The translations under genes and the position numbers were made by a program. A DNA stretch of 64,000 nucleotides, taken from positions 256,709 to 320,708 of the forward strand of contig JADJTL010000003.1 in assembly GCA_016711215.1 (NCBI GenBank). The letters run 5' to 3'. The notes below the pieces were generated by a model, which saw only the letters and a list, made by a program, of their open reading frames with translations, did not search any database and was not told where the DNA came from. Within the stretch, counting starts at the first letter, position 1; the number at the start of each line of letters is the position of its first letter. The DNA comes from Pseudomonadota bacterium. GTDB taxonomy: Bacteria; Myxococcota_A; Polyangia; GCA-2747355. Shown here piece after piece: positions 21,344 through 31,200 of this stretch.

Positions 21344-23296
21344 TCACTCCAAGTAGGTGTAGCCGGCCATCCCGCTCTCGTAGAACTCGAGCAGGGAGCG
21401 TCCCTCCGCCACGCTGAGCGTGCTCGCCCGCAGCGCGCGCTCGACGTCCTGACGCATCGTCCGGACCATCTCCCCGCCGCTATAGCCGACGTAAGCGAGC
21501 ACCTCGCGCACCGAGTCACCTTCGATCACCTCGTCGATCGACCAGGAGCCTTCGGCGTCGAGACTGACCCGGACGACGTGGTTGTCGCCGAAGAGATTGT
21601 GCAGGTCGCCGAGCACCTCTTGGTAGGCGCCGACGAGACAGGCCGCCAGCGTGTAGCGCTCGTCGCCCTGAGTCTCGTGCAGCTCCAAGGTGCGCTTGAT
21701 GTCCCGCCGGTCGACGAAGTTGTCGACCTTGCCGTCCGAGTCGCAGGTAATGTCGGCCAAGGTCGCCGCCCGCGTCGGGCGCTCGTTCAAGCGGTGCAAG
21801 GGCAGAATCGGAAAGAGCTGATCGACCGCCCAGGCGTCCGGCAGCGACTGAAAGACGCTGAAGTTACAGTAGTAGGTGTCGCTCAGCCCCTCACGGAGAT
21901 CGCTGAGCTCCTCGGGCAACTCCCCGCGCTTCTCGGCGCGGGCCAGGATCTGGCGCCCGATCGCCCAAAAGAGCTTCTCCGCGTCGGCGCGCATCGGCAG
22001 CGTGAGGTAGCCGAGCGAGAAGAGGTTCATCGCCTCATCACGCGCCTGGACCGCGTCGTGGAAGGCCTCGGAGAGCCGGCGATCGGTGATGCTCTCGAAG
22101 GCATCGAGCAGGTCGAGCACGGGCTGCGGCGGGTCGTCCTCCGCGGCGACCCGCGCGCGAATGGCCTCGATGTCGGGCTCGCTGTCGAAATGTGAGCGCC
22201 CGACGACGTCGAAGACGAGCACAGTGGAATACGCCACCATCGCCCGGCCGGACTCGCTGAAGATCGTCGGGTGCGGGACGCCGGCGTCGTCGCAGACGGT
22301 CTTGATGCGGTAGATCAAATCGCTGGCGTACTCGCGGATCGAGTAGTTGACGCTCGACTCGAAGACCGAGCTACTGCCGTCGTAGTCGACGCCGAGCCCG
22401 CCGCCGACGTCGATGTACTCGATGCCGGCGCCGAGTCGACGCAGCTCGGTGTAGAAGTACGCCAGCTCCGTGACGGCGCTCTTCAGGCGCCGAATATCCG
22501 ACACCTGACTTCCCAGGTGGAAGTGGACCATCTTCAGGCAGTCGAGCATCCCGTGCCGCTCGAGCTCTTCGATCACCCGCAAGGCCTCGGCGGCCGTCAG
22601 CCCGAACTTGCTGCGCATGCCGGAGGACGAGGCCCACTTGCCGGTGCTGCGCGCGGCCGGCTTGATGCGCAGACCGACCAGGGGCCGCGTCTGATGCCGC
22701 TGCGCCTGCTCGATGATCAGCTCGAGTTCATTGAAGCGCTCGACGACCGGAATGATCCGCCGACCGAGCTTGGTCGCCAACACCACGGTCTCGATGTACT
22801 CGTGGTCCTTGAAGCCGTTGCAGACGATCGGCATGTCGTTGTGGCCGACCGTCATCGCCAAGACCGCCAGCAGCTCCGGCTTCGAACCAGCCTCCAGCCC
22901 ATAGCCGAGCTGCGCGCCGATGTTGCGGATCTCCTCGCAGACGTCGCGCTCCTGGTTGACCTTGATCGGATAGACGAAGCAGTAGCCGCCCTGGTACTGG
23001 TTCTCCTCGATCGCCGCGTCGAAGGCCTGCCGCAGCTCGTGGAGCCGGTCGCGCGCGAGGTCGGGGAAGCGCAGGAGTACGGGAGGATTGATGCCGCGCT
23101 CACGCAGGCCCTCGACCACCTCCCAGACGTCGATTCCGCGCTCGGGTTGACGCGTCGGGCAGATCGTCAGATGCCCAGTCGGACTGATGCGGAAATAGCC
23201 TTTCCCCCAGTCCTCGAGTCCATAGAGCGCACGAGCATCATCGGCAGTCCAGGCGCCGTCGAGCAGCGCATTATGACGGAGGGGGTCGGCAGACAT
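21344..23296 (-). CDS. speA: Biosynthetic arginine decarboxylase
   Basis: 650 aa. N-terminus WTADDARALYGLEDWGKGYFRISPTGHLTI and PLP-fold Orn/Arg decarboxylase body typical of SpeA. Confidence 0.9.
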   Translation of the reverse strand: MSADPLRHNALLDGAWTADDARALYGLEDWGKGYFRISPTGHLTICPTRQPERGIDVWEVVEGLRERGINPPVLLRFPDLARDRLHELRQAFDAAIEENQYQGGYCFVYPIKVNQERDVCEEIRNIGAQLGYGLEAGSKPELLAVLAMTVGHNDMPIVCNGFKDHEYIETVVLATKLGRRIIPVVERFNELELIIEQAQRHQTRPLVGLRIKPAARSTGKWASSSGMRSKFGLTAAEALRVIEELERHGMLDCLKMVHFHLGSQVSDIRRLKSAVTELAYFYTELRRLGAGIEYIDVGGGLGVDYDGSSSVFESSVNYSIREYASDLIYRIKTVCDDAGVPHPTIFSESGRAMVAYSTVLVFDVVGRSHFDSEPDIEAIRARVAAEDDPPQPVLDLLDAFESITDRRLSEAFHDAVQARDEAMNLFSLGYLTLPMRADAEKLFWAIGRQILARAEKRGELPEELSDLREGLSDTYYCNFSVFQSLPDAWAVDQLFPILPLHRLNERPTRAATLADITCDSDGKVDNFVDRRDIKRTLELHETQGDERYTLAACLVGAYQEVLGDLHNLFGDNHVVRVSLDAEGSWSIDEVIEGDSVREVLAYVGYSGGEMVRTMRQDVERALRASTLSVAEGRSLLEFYESGMAGYTYLE

Positions 23297-23359
23297 GCGC
23301 GCAAACTACTCGATCCCGTGCGCGCGCGCTACTGCGGTCGAGCCCGCGGGATCAGGCGG

Positions 23360-24520
23360 CTATTCGGCATGCTCGGACCCAGCACCGGCCGCCGGCAGCG
23401 GCGGCGGCGCGCCCAGGGCTGGCGCTGCACCCAGGGCCGCCAGCGCGGCCTCTTGCGTCAGCCGGGCGTTGCGCAGCAGCACCGTCAACCAGTAGTTCAT
23501 CCGCTCGGCGTTCGTCGTGTCGCGCCAGTGGCGAAAGTGCGGCGCAAAGGCTGCCAGCGGCTGGCGCCCTTCAACCGGATGGACCTCGACGGTGAAGCTG
23601 ACCTGCGCGGCCGCCAGCCAGCGCAGCGCGCTGGCGACGATCGCCTGCAGCCCCCGCGGGCCATACATCATCGGCAAGCAGTGCTGGCCCTGAAACTCGA
23701 AGGGCAAGACCACCCGCTCGAGGAAGCTGGCGTGGTCGGCCACGCCGTAGCGGTTCAGGGTCCAGAGGGGATGACCATCGTGCAGATGGAAGTGCAGGGG
23801 CTTACCGATCCGCGCGAGCGCCTCGATCTGCTCGAGCAGCCAGGGCAGAACGCTCCGCACTGCGCCCTCCACCACGGCGATCAGCGCTGGCAGCTCGTCG
23901 GCGTAGGGCGTCAAGGCGCAGACGTCGAGGCCGGGGCGGCGCGCCGCGAAGGCCACCCGCGCCTGCTGAATGCCGAGGTGACCGACGTCGATGCAGGCGC
24001 TGATCTGCGACAGCTCGGCGATGCTGGCGAACATCGCGACAAAGCGCGATGCCTCGACTCCGACCGCATACTCGACGAAGAGCAGCGGCTCGGGCCGACC
24101 CAAGGCGCGCAAGTCGGCGTCGAGCGCGCGTAACGCCGCCCGATACTCGTCCGGGCTCTCGACGAGATCCCATTGATCGTGCGCCACGAGCCCACGCACC
24201 CGCGCCGGGGATCGCCGGGCGAACTCGACGACCCAATGCCGGTCGTCCTCCCGCAGCAGGTTCAGCCCGCGCGGCAGATGCGCGTGGATCGTAAGCGCGT
24301 TGCCTGGGGTCTGCCCCACGACGTCGTTCAAGCGCTCCGGGGCGCCGGGATAGACCTCGGCGCCGATCCCCGCGCGCTCGAAGCGCAGCCGTGCCAACTG
24401 AAAGAGCGTGTCGTCGCCCTCGAGGCGCTTATCGAAGAGCCCCAGCAGGGCGGGCTGCTGCCGCGCAAGCATTGGTGCTCCGCGGCTCTCTGGCGCGCTC
24501 TCGCTGGTTGAAAGGCTCAT
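23360..24520 (-). CDS. Xylose-isomerase-like TIM-barrel protein (sugar phosphate isomerase/epimerase, AP-endonuclease-2 family), paralog 1
   Basis: Metal-site pattern EYA...CIDVGH...HFHLHDGHP...DH. Paralogous to 27249..28112. Directly downstream of GWD-like gene 1. Confidence 0.55.
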   Translation of the reverse strand: MSLSTSESAPESRGAPMLARQQPALLGLFDKRLEGDDTLFQLARLRFERAGIGAEVYPGAPERLNDVVGQTPGNALTIHAHLPRGLNLLREDDRHWVVEFARRSPARVRGLVAHDQWDLVESPDEYRAALRALDADLRALGRPEPLLFVEYAVGVEASRFVAMFASIAELSQISACIDVGHLGIQQARVAFAARRPGLDVCALTPYADELPALIAVVEGAVRSVLPWLLEQIEALARIGKPLHFHLHDGHPLWTLNRYGVADHASFLERVVLPFEFQGQHCLPMMYGPRGLQAIVASALRWLAAAQVSFTVEVHPVEGRQPLAAFAPHFRHWRDTTNAERMNYWLTVLLRNARLTQEAALAALGAAPALGAPPPLPAAGAGSEHAE

Positions 24521-24522
24521 CG

Positions 24523-27273
24523 TCAGTCCTCGTCGCCCAGTGGCGGCGACAATCCCAGTGGCGGCGACAATCCCAGTGGCGGCGACAATCCCAGTGGCCG
24601 CGACAATCCCAGTGGCCGCGACAGTCCCAGTTGCGCTCGCGTCTGCAGCGCCAGCAGCGCGTCGGCGACCAGCGCGCCCTCGATGTCCTGCGGCATTCCG
24701 GCCCGCGCTTCAATCAGTCGCGCCAACGACGCCAGCTTCTGGCCCAACCGCTCGCGCCAGGCTGGGTCGCAAAGGATCGGCATTCCAGCGTAGCGCACCG
24801 GCGCCGCGCACAAGCCGCCGTTCGCGGCAGGGCGCAGGGCCTCAGCGTAGCTGGCGCAGCCGAGCAACGTCGTCGCCCCGCCGTCCTTGCGGCAACGCAA
24901 GCGAAAGGGCGTCCCCGCGGCGCCGCTCGCCAGCGTCTCACCCAACCCCACTGCGCACTCGACCAGCGCAAAGGCACGGTCGCAGGTTAGCGGATCAACG
25001 GTGTGGATGACGAACGAAAGTTCAGCGTCGATCAGTTGCTGGACAATCACGGCCATCCGCGCAGGCGGCGCTCCAGCGAACTGCTGCGCACGCACGCGCA
25101 GCGCGCGCGCCGACCAGAGCGAGACCCAGACCTCCTTCAGCGCCCCGGCCACGGCCGCCGAGCTGACGTTCACCACGGAGCGAAACAGGCCGGCCGTCGT
25201 GTAGCCGACGCGATCCTCGGTGTCGGCGCTGGAGCGCACCACGAGCGGTGCGTCGGCGCCAAGCAGATCAACCAACCCCGCCAACAAGGCCGGTGGCACG
25301 GAAACCGCCGCCCAGAGCGCCGCGAGCGCAGCAGCCTGCGCCTCGGCCGCGCTGCCCCCCTCGGCGCGACCCTCGCCGGCGCTCGCCGCGCCTCCGCTCC
25401 AGCGCGCCCAGGCCGCGCGCCAGGGCGCAGGCTGCTCCGCGATCAGCCGCTCGAGCGCGCTGAAGGGCACGACCGCCGCGGGCGCGACGCGCAAGACGCT
25501 GGGCTCAGCGGCCGCAAGCTCGGCCAGCCAGCGGAGGCTCGCGGCCTTGGCGCCTGCGCGCTCGGCGCTCACCTCGTGCAGCGGCAGGAACCAGCGCGCC
25601 TCGCAATCAAGCGCCTCCTGCGTGGTGGCGCGGGTGATGGCCGCCGGGGCACTCGCTGGCTCCGGCGCCAGCGCGGGAGCCAAGGCCGCGGGTCTCAGCT
25701 CCACGCCATCGGCCCGCACCGTCAGCCGGAAGGGCCCCGCCGCGTCGGCGGCAGCGTCGCGCAGCAGCCCCTGCAAGGCCGCGGCGCTCCCCGCGGCGAA
25801 CGCCACGGCGTGCTGGCGCGCCCGCACGCCGAGGTGAGACAGCAGCGCCATCGGCTGACCGAGCAGCACGCCGACCACGCCCGGCGGCAAGACCTCATCG
25901 CCCGTCGCGCGGTCCACGCAGGCGATCACCGGCTCGGCGCCGGCGCCCTCGCGCGCGCCTCCAGCCTCGACGTCCTCGAGGCTGCTCGCGTGAAAGAGCC
26001 GCCCGACCACAGTCCCCGCGACCACCGCGCTCCACGGCGGCAGGCCCGCCTCGCGCCGCAACGCCGCCTCGAGCCACTCGGCGAGCTTGCTGAGCTGAAA
26101 GACGAGCGCGCCGCGCAGCTCGCCTTCGACGTAGCTGGCCAGCGCATGCGGCGCCACGCCAAGGGCGCGGCCCACGAGCTCGGCGCGCACGGCCAAGAGC
26201 GTCAGCGAGCGCGCGGCGCAGGCCGCGGCCAGACCCTGGGCCCGCTCTGTCGCGGCGAGGAGGGCCAGTAGGCGCCAGGCCTCCCCGGGCGGCGCCGCCA
26301 TCCAGCAGCGCAGATCGCTGCCCAGCGCGCGCGACTCCGCCTGCGCCACGCCGCTGAGCGCGAGCTGGTCGAGCAGCGCCCCCAGGGCCCCCAAGACGGT
26401 GCTCCACGGCGCCGGCTCCGGACTCGCCTCGAGCGCGCTGCAGAAGCGGCTCGCGACGAGAAACGCCTGGCGTTCGAGCGCCAGGTCGACGCGCTCGCAG
26501 CGCTGCGCCAGGGCGCTGGCGCTCCCGACGATCGATGGCTCGAGCCGCTCCCGCAGCGCGGTCAGCGCCCGCAGCTCCTGCAGCAGTTCCTCAGGCGTCG
26601 CGTCACGACCGAGCGCCTGCTGCTGCGCTCGTTGCAGCGCGGCTGCCGCGCTCTGGAGGTCCAGCTGCGCCTCACTCAGCAGTGGCGCGAGCTGCGCCGC
26701 GAGCTCACCCGCACCGAAGAACTGCTGCAGCTCCTCGTGGAACTTGCGGAACTCGCGCACAAAGGCCGGCGAATAGTCCGCCCCGGGCGCCGTGACGCGC
26801 TGCAGGAGCGCCGCGGAGGTCGCCAGATCCTCGGGACCCGCGCAGCGGTGGAGCTTGTTCTGCAGCGTATGCTTGATCTCGTGCTTGAGCGCCGACGGGA
26901 TGTCGTTGCGGTGCGCGATGTCGCGGATCCGGGTCAGCGGCTCGGCCGCGAGGAAGGCGCCATCGTAAGAGGGCAGCCAACGAACGATGCGGCGTAGCAG
27001 CCCTGCGTTGCCCGGGCGGCGCAGCGTGCGCAGACTCGCGTGGATACGCTGCGCCAGCCGCGCGTGATGCACCGGGCGAAAGTGCCGTCCATCCTCGACG
27101 CAGGGCAGCTCGCCCGTGCCGAGGAAGCGCAGGTAGATCCCGAGATCACGGAGCTGCTCATCGCTCACGCCGTCGGGCCCGGCCGCGCAGAGCTCCGCCA
27201 CCCACTCGAGCTTCTCGCGCCAGCTTCGCTGGCGGGCATTGGCCTCGACTAGTCGTTCGACCAGGCGGTCCAT
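24523..27273 (-). CDS. Alpha-glucan water dikinase (GWD)-like phosphotransferase, paralog 1, with a C-terminal (LGLSPP)n repeat tail
   Basis: Central GWD-like region IRDIAHRNDIPSALKHEIKHTLQNKLHRCAGPEDL. Swivel phospho-His motif LLSHLGVRARQHAV. C-terminal PPDK_N-type nucleotide-binding motif VVRSSADTEDRVGYTTAGLFRSVVNV. Domain order is His-domain then nucleotide-binding domain, as in GWD. Start uncertain; the ORF extends to 27591. Confidence 0.7.
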   Translation of the reverse strand: MDRLVERLVEANARQRSWREKLEWVAELCAAGPDGVSDEQLRDLGIYLRFLGTGELPCVEDGRHFRPVHHARLAQRIHASLRTLRRPGNAGLLRRIVRWLPSYDGAFLAAEPLTRIRDIAHRNDIPSALKHEIKHTLQNKLHRCAGPEDLATSAALLQRVTAPGADYSPAFVREFRKFHEELQQFFGAGELAAQLAPLLSEAQLDLQSAAAALQRAQQQALGRDATPEELLQELRALTALRERLEPSIVGSASALAQRCERVDLALERQAFLVASRFCSALEASPEPAPWSTVLGALGALLDQLALSGVAQAESRALGSDLRCWMAAPPGEAWRLLALLAATERAQGLAAACAARSLTLLAVRAELVGRALGVAPHALASYVEGELRGALVFQLSKLAEWLEAALRREAGLPPWSAVVAGTVVGRLFHASSLEDVEAGGAREGAGAEPVIACVDRATGDEVLPPGVVGVLLGQPMALLSHLGVRARQHAVAFAAGSAAALQGLLRDAAADAAGPFRLTVRADGVELRPAALAPALAPEPASAPAAITRATTQEALDCEARWFLPLHEVSAERAGAKAASLRWLAELAAAEPSVLRVAPAAVVPFSALERLIAEQPAPWRAAWARWSGGAASAGEGRAEGGSAAEAQAAALAALWAAVSVPPALLAGLVDLLGADAPLVVRSSADTEDRVGYTTAGLFRSVVNVSSAAVAGALKEVWVSLWSARALRVRAQQFAGAPPARMAVIVQQLIDAELSFVIHTVDPLTCDRAFALVECAVGLGETLASGAAGTPFRLRCRKDGGATTLLGCASYAEALRPAANGGLCAAPVRYAGMPILCDPAWRERLGQKLASLARLIEARAGMPQDIEGALVADALLALQTRAQLGLSRPLGLSRPLGLSPPLGLSPPLGLSPPLGDED
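24536..24631. repeat. 18-bp tandem repeat (CCCAGTGGCGGCGACAAT) x about 5.3. Encodes the C-terminal (LGLSPP) hexapeptide repeats of GWD-like 1
   Basis: Direct reading. Period 18. Two units carry G-to-C variants. Confidence 0.9.
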
Positions 27274-28112
27274 GCTCGCGCCCGTGGCTGCCCCAGCAGC
27301 TCGCATAGCCGATCCCTGGCCTCGTTGAGCAAGCGCGGCGGCCGTGGCCATTGCTCGAGGATTGCCGCGCCGGCGAAGCCGCGCGCCCGCAGCCGCGCGA
27401 TTAACCCCTGCAGCCCGGCCGGCGACTGCGCCGCCGGACCCGTAAAGAGCGTCAGGTGGCTGTCGCGATCGCCGTAGTTTTCGTGCAGGTGCAGATGAAT
27501 CAACGGCACGTGGTCGGCGAGCCGATCGACGTAGGCGAGGTAGTCGTTGCGCGTGCCGCCATAGAGGTTCGCGTGCCCGAGGTCGAGACACATGCCAGCG
27601 CGCTGCGTGCCGAACTGCGCGCGCAGCAGGGCGAAGAGCGCATTGAAGTGCTCGGGGCTGGTCTCGGGCGTGTTCTCGATCGCCAGCGCCAGCCGGTGGC
27701 GCGCGAGCTGCTGCGCAAGGTGCGCCGTCGCCTCCGCGAAGGCCTCGATGCCCTGACTGAGATCGAGGTGAAGGTTGATCAGCGTGGCGCCGAGGTCGAG
27801 CGCCAACTCGACCGACTGCTGGAGCCGCTCCGGGCCCCCGGGCTGCAGCGGGGTCGCGCGCCAGGGCGCGTGGACCGATTGCTGCACGCCGTGGCGATGC
27901 GCGGCGCTGCGCAGCTGCAGACGCTGGCCGGCGTCCAAATCGCCCTCCTCCCAGCCGAGCCCGATTTCGGGCCGATCAGGCCGATCGGGGAACCACTCAA
28001 ACGCGTCGAAGCCATGCTCGATCGCGTAGTCGAAGGGCTCGCCCACGCTGCTCGCGGCAAAGCTGGTCTGGTTTCCAATCCGGATCGGCACACGCCTCGG
28101 CGACTGTTGCAT
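27249..28112 (-). CDS. Xylose-isomerase-like TIM-barrel protein, paralog 2
   Basis: IENTPE...CLDLGHANLYG...IHLHLHENYGDRDSH metal-binding pattern. Start chosen at MQQSPRRVPIRIGNQT (ATG 28112). The ORF extends upstream to 28358. Confidence 0.6.
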   Translation of the reverse strand: MQQSPRRVPIRIGNQTSFAASSVGEPFDYAIEHGFDAFEWFPDRPDRPEIGLGWEEGDLDAGQRLQLRSAAHRHGVQQSVHAPWRATPLQPGGPERLQQSVELALDLGATLINLHLDLSQGIEAFAEATAHLAQQLARHRLALAIENTPETSPEHFNALFALLRAQFGTQRAGMCLDLGHANLYGGTRNDYLAYVDRLADHVPLIHLHLHENYGDRDSHLTLFTGPAAQSPAGLQGLIARLRARGFAGAAILEQWPRPPRLLNEARDRLCELLGQPRARAWTAWSND

Positions 28113-28204
28113 CCCTGCTCCCGTTGCCTTCACGTCGAACGCTAGCCGCGTCCGCACCCTCGCGCGACCGTCTGACGACCGACGCCGGCCCGTTCCCGCC
28201 GGGC

Positions 28205-31200
28205 CTAGAGACCCACCTGCGGCCGCGCCTGGACGACATAGAGCCGCCCCTCGCTGATCACACCCTCGATATCCTGGGGCGTGCCGAAGGCCCGCTCCAC
28301 GCTCAGGCCGATCTCTGCGATGCGACGCACCAGCGGCAGGCGTCGCGCGGCGTCCCACAAGAGCGGCTCCTCAGTATAGTCCAGCAGGCGCGCCGTCGGC
28401 GCCTCGGCCGTCACGCTGTCGTAGAGTCCAGCGCCAGCGTAGCCTGCCAGATCCTCGGCGTTGGCGTCCGAGCGGTAGATGAGCCCCCGAGCGCTCAAGG
28501 CCTCACTCTTGCTCGGATAGGCCACGATTCGCGCGCCCCCGTCGGCGTCGCCGAGGCGCGCCTTATCAACGACCACCGCCAGCGCGCGTCCCGGGTGGTT
28601 GCCGACGAGGGTCTCGCCGAGGCCCGGGACGAGCTCGAGGTAGAGTTCACGGGCGTTGCCATCGGCCGGATTGACGCTGTGCAGGACGAAGGCGTGATCG
28701 GCGGGCACCAGCGGCTGAATCAACACCGCGAGGTGGACGGCGCGGTGCGCGAGCTGCCAGTGCTGCCGCGCCTGGTAAGCGCGTTCGTTCCACTTCGAGG
28801 CCCAAACCCGCTTGATCTGCATCCAGCTCGTCGCGAGCGCGTCGCCGAGCGGCACGCCGACGGCCGCCAGCGCACTCTTCAGCGCCGGCGCCAGGGCCGC
28901 GGGCGCCTCCAGCTCCAGCACCAACGCGCGCAGGCGGCTCAGCAGCGCCACATCGATCGCCCCCTCGTCGGCGCGCCGCGTCCGCTCGGCATACTCCTCG
29001 GCCCGACCCGCGTTGGCGGGCAGCGCCAGGGCGCGCTCGAGGCCACCGAAGGGCACGGCGACGGCCGGGGGTACGATCGCCCACGAGGGCAACACCGCCG
29101 CGAGCCGCAGCAGCCCGCGCGCCTTGGCTCCCACCTGGTCCGGCCCGCAGCGCGCCAGGGGAAGGACCCAATCCTCGCCGCTCAGGTCGACGGCCGGCAG
29201 CACGAGCGGTGCGCGTGGCGTCGCTGCGGCCGCGGTGGCGCCCTCCAGCGCGGCCACCACCACATCGCCGCGCGCGTCGACCTCCAGCCGCACCTGCCGT
29301 CCCTGCAGCGCTTCGAGCTCGCTCAACTTCTGCGGCGCATAGCAGGTGGCGAAGAGCAGCCCCGCGTTGCGGGCGCGTACGGCGACGTGGGAGACGAGAT
29401 CCGTCGGCATCGGGGTGATCACCGCGGTCACCTGCTCGGGGATCTCCTCATCGCCACCGACCGAGCGCGAGAGCACGACCAGCGGCCCGCGCTGACCATC
29501 GAGTTGCAGCTCGCGCAGGGTGTCGACACAGCGCAGCTCCCCCTCCCCGCGCCCCGGACTGACCACCTGCCAGTCGCCCAGCGCAGCCACCGCCCGCAGC
29601 AAGGGGTCGAGGTGGCGCAGCAGCGCCGCGATCACGAAGCTCGGTCGCCCGCGCACCACCTCCTCGCTGAAGAGGCTGATGACCCAGGCCTCGACGCGCA
29701 GGGCGACCCCGAGCTGCTCGGCCTTGGGCTGCAGCAGCGCGTACCAGGCGTCGACCTCGCCACCGACGGCGCGGGCGACCCGCTCGACCACGGCCCGCGC
29801 ATGGCGCGCACGGTCAGCGTCGAAGGTTCCGTCGGCGCTGATGCGGCGCCAATGGCGCCGGCAGAGCTCGAGCTCCGGAAGCGCGCTGCTCAGGCCAAGG
29901 TTCTCGAGCACGTGCTCAACGAGCACCACCAGCTCTGCCAACGTCACGTCGGCGTCGAGCCAGCGCTCGACCGCGAGGCGAAGGTGGTCCTCGAGCGCGA
30001 GGTCGAGGTAGAGCAGCGCCCGCACGGTCTCGCCGCCAGCGAGGCGCCGGGCGAGGTTGCGGCGTAGGACGGTGATCGCCTCGACCACCTGCACGAGGAT
30101 GGCCGCCGGCGACGGGGACGCGGCGCCTGTGGCCCGGTCGATCCCGCGCGCGCCGCCATCCGCAGGGCTCGGGCGTGACAGGCTCAAGAGCCAGGCCAGC
30201 CGCTGACGGTCCTCGGGATCGCAGCTTTCTCGCGCCGCCGCCGCCGCCGCCGCCAGATCGTTCGCCTCATGCAACGCACGCAGCGTGCCGGCGAAGTGCT
30301 CGATGTCCTGGGCCAGGCCCGCCTTCAATCCCGGCACGAAGTCGGGCGCCGAGCGGATCGGCCGCTCGTAGCTTTCGAGGCGTTGGCGCGTCACGCCGTG
30401 TCGCTGCAGCTCGGCCCAGTACCGCAACAGATCGCCGTCGCTGCGCAAGAACGCGAGGTACGCCTCGGCGATCGCGACGTCGTCGGGCGTCGTGTTGTTA
30501 TGGAGCTTCTGATGCCACTCCTCGAGGAAGTGCCCCGCCACCTCCTTGATCCGATGGCGATGCATGATCTCGAGGATCTCGTCGCGGATGCGCTGGCCTT
30601 CGTTCGCCGCACCGACGGTGCCGAGCAACAGCCGCACGAGCGGCCGAGCGCGCGGCGCCCCCGCGAAGCGCTGCACCAGCAGCTCGCCCAAGCGCTGCTG
30701 CGCGTGGGCGAGCTCGCGCGGCTTGGTGTTGTAGCGCCGCTGCCAGTCGAGCTGGCGCAGCGCCGAGAACCGCAGCCAGACGAAGAGGTAGGCCAACGCG
30801 TCGGCGTCGGCGCCGCAGCCCTCGATCAGGGCGTGGCAGAGCTGATAGCGATGCATCAACGTCCACGACGAGCGCCCGAGCTCATGGGCCACGATCTCCT
30901 CGACGAGCCGCGCGCAGGCCACCGGCGCGCTGGGCCCATCGACCACCCCCGCTGACCGCAGCGGGACGACGAAATCACCGCCATGGTGATGCACCCAGCG
31001 TCCCCGGTCCGGCAGCAGCAAGACGAAGGTCAGCGCGGCCCAGGGACCCTGCGCCGGCAGGCGCAGGACCAGCGGCCCCTCCTCGGACCGAGGCGCGAGC
31101 GGCGTCTGCACCGCCGCCTCACCGACCGCGACCGACCCCGCCGGCCAGCACTCAGGCGGCGCCGCGTGCCAGCGCCCGTCGCCGGGCAGGCGCAGTCCCC

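Noticed and set aside
24536-24631. Possible CRISPR array, a consideration that also applies to the other repeat loci
   Set aside because: All arrays are perfectly tandem with no spacers. Units are 9 to 24 bp, and there are no cas genes. These are microsatellite-like tandem repeats, not CRISPR.
28124-30067. 647-aa plus-strand ORF, together with 25003..26271 and 22271..24133
   Set aside because: All three are antisense to the GWD-like genes and speA and are high-GC artefacts.
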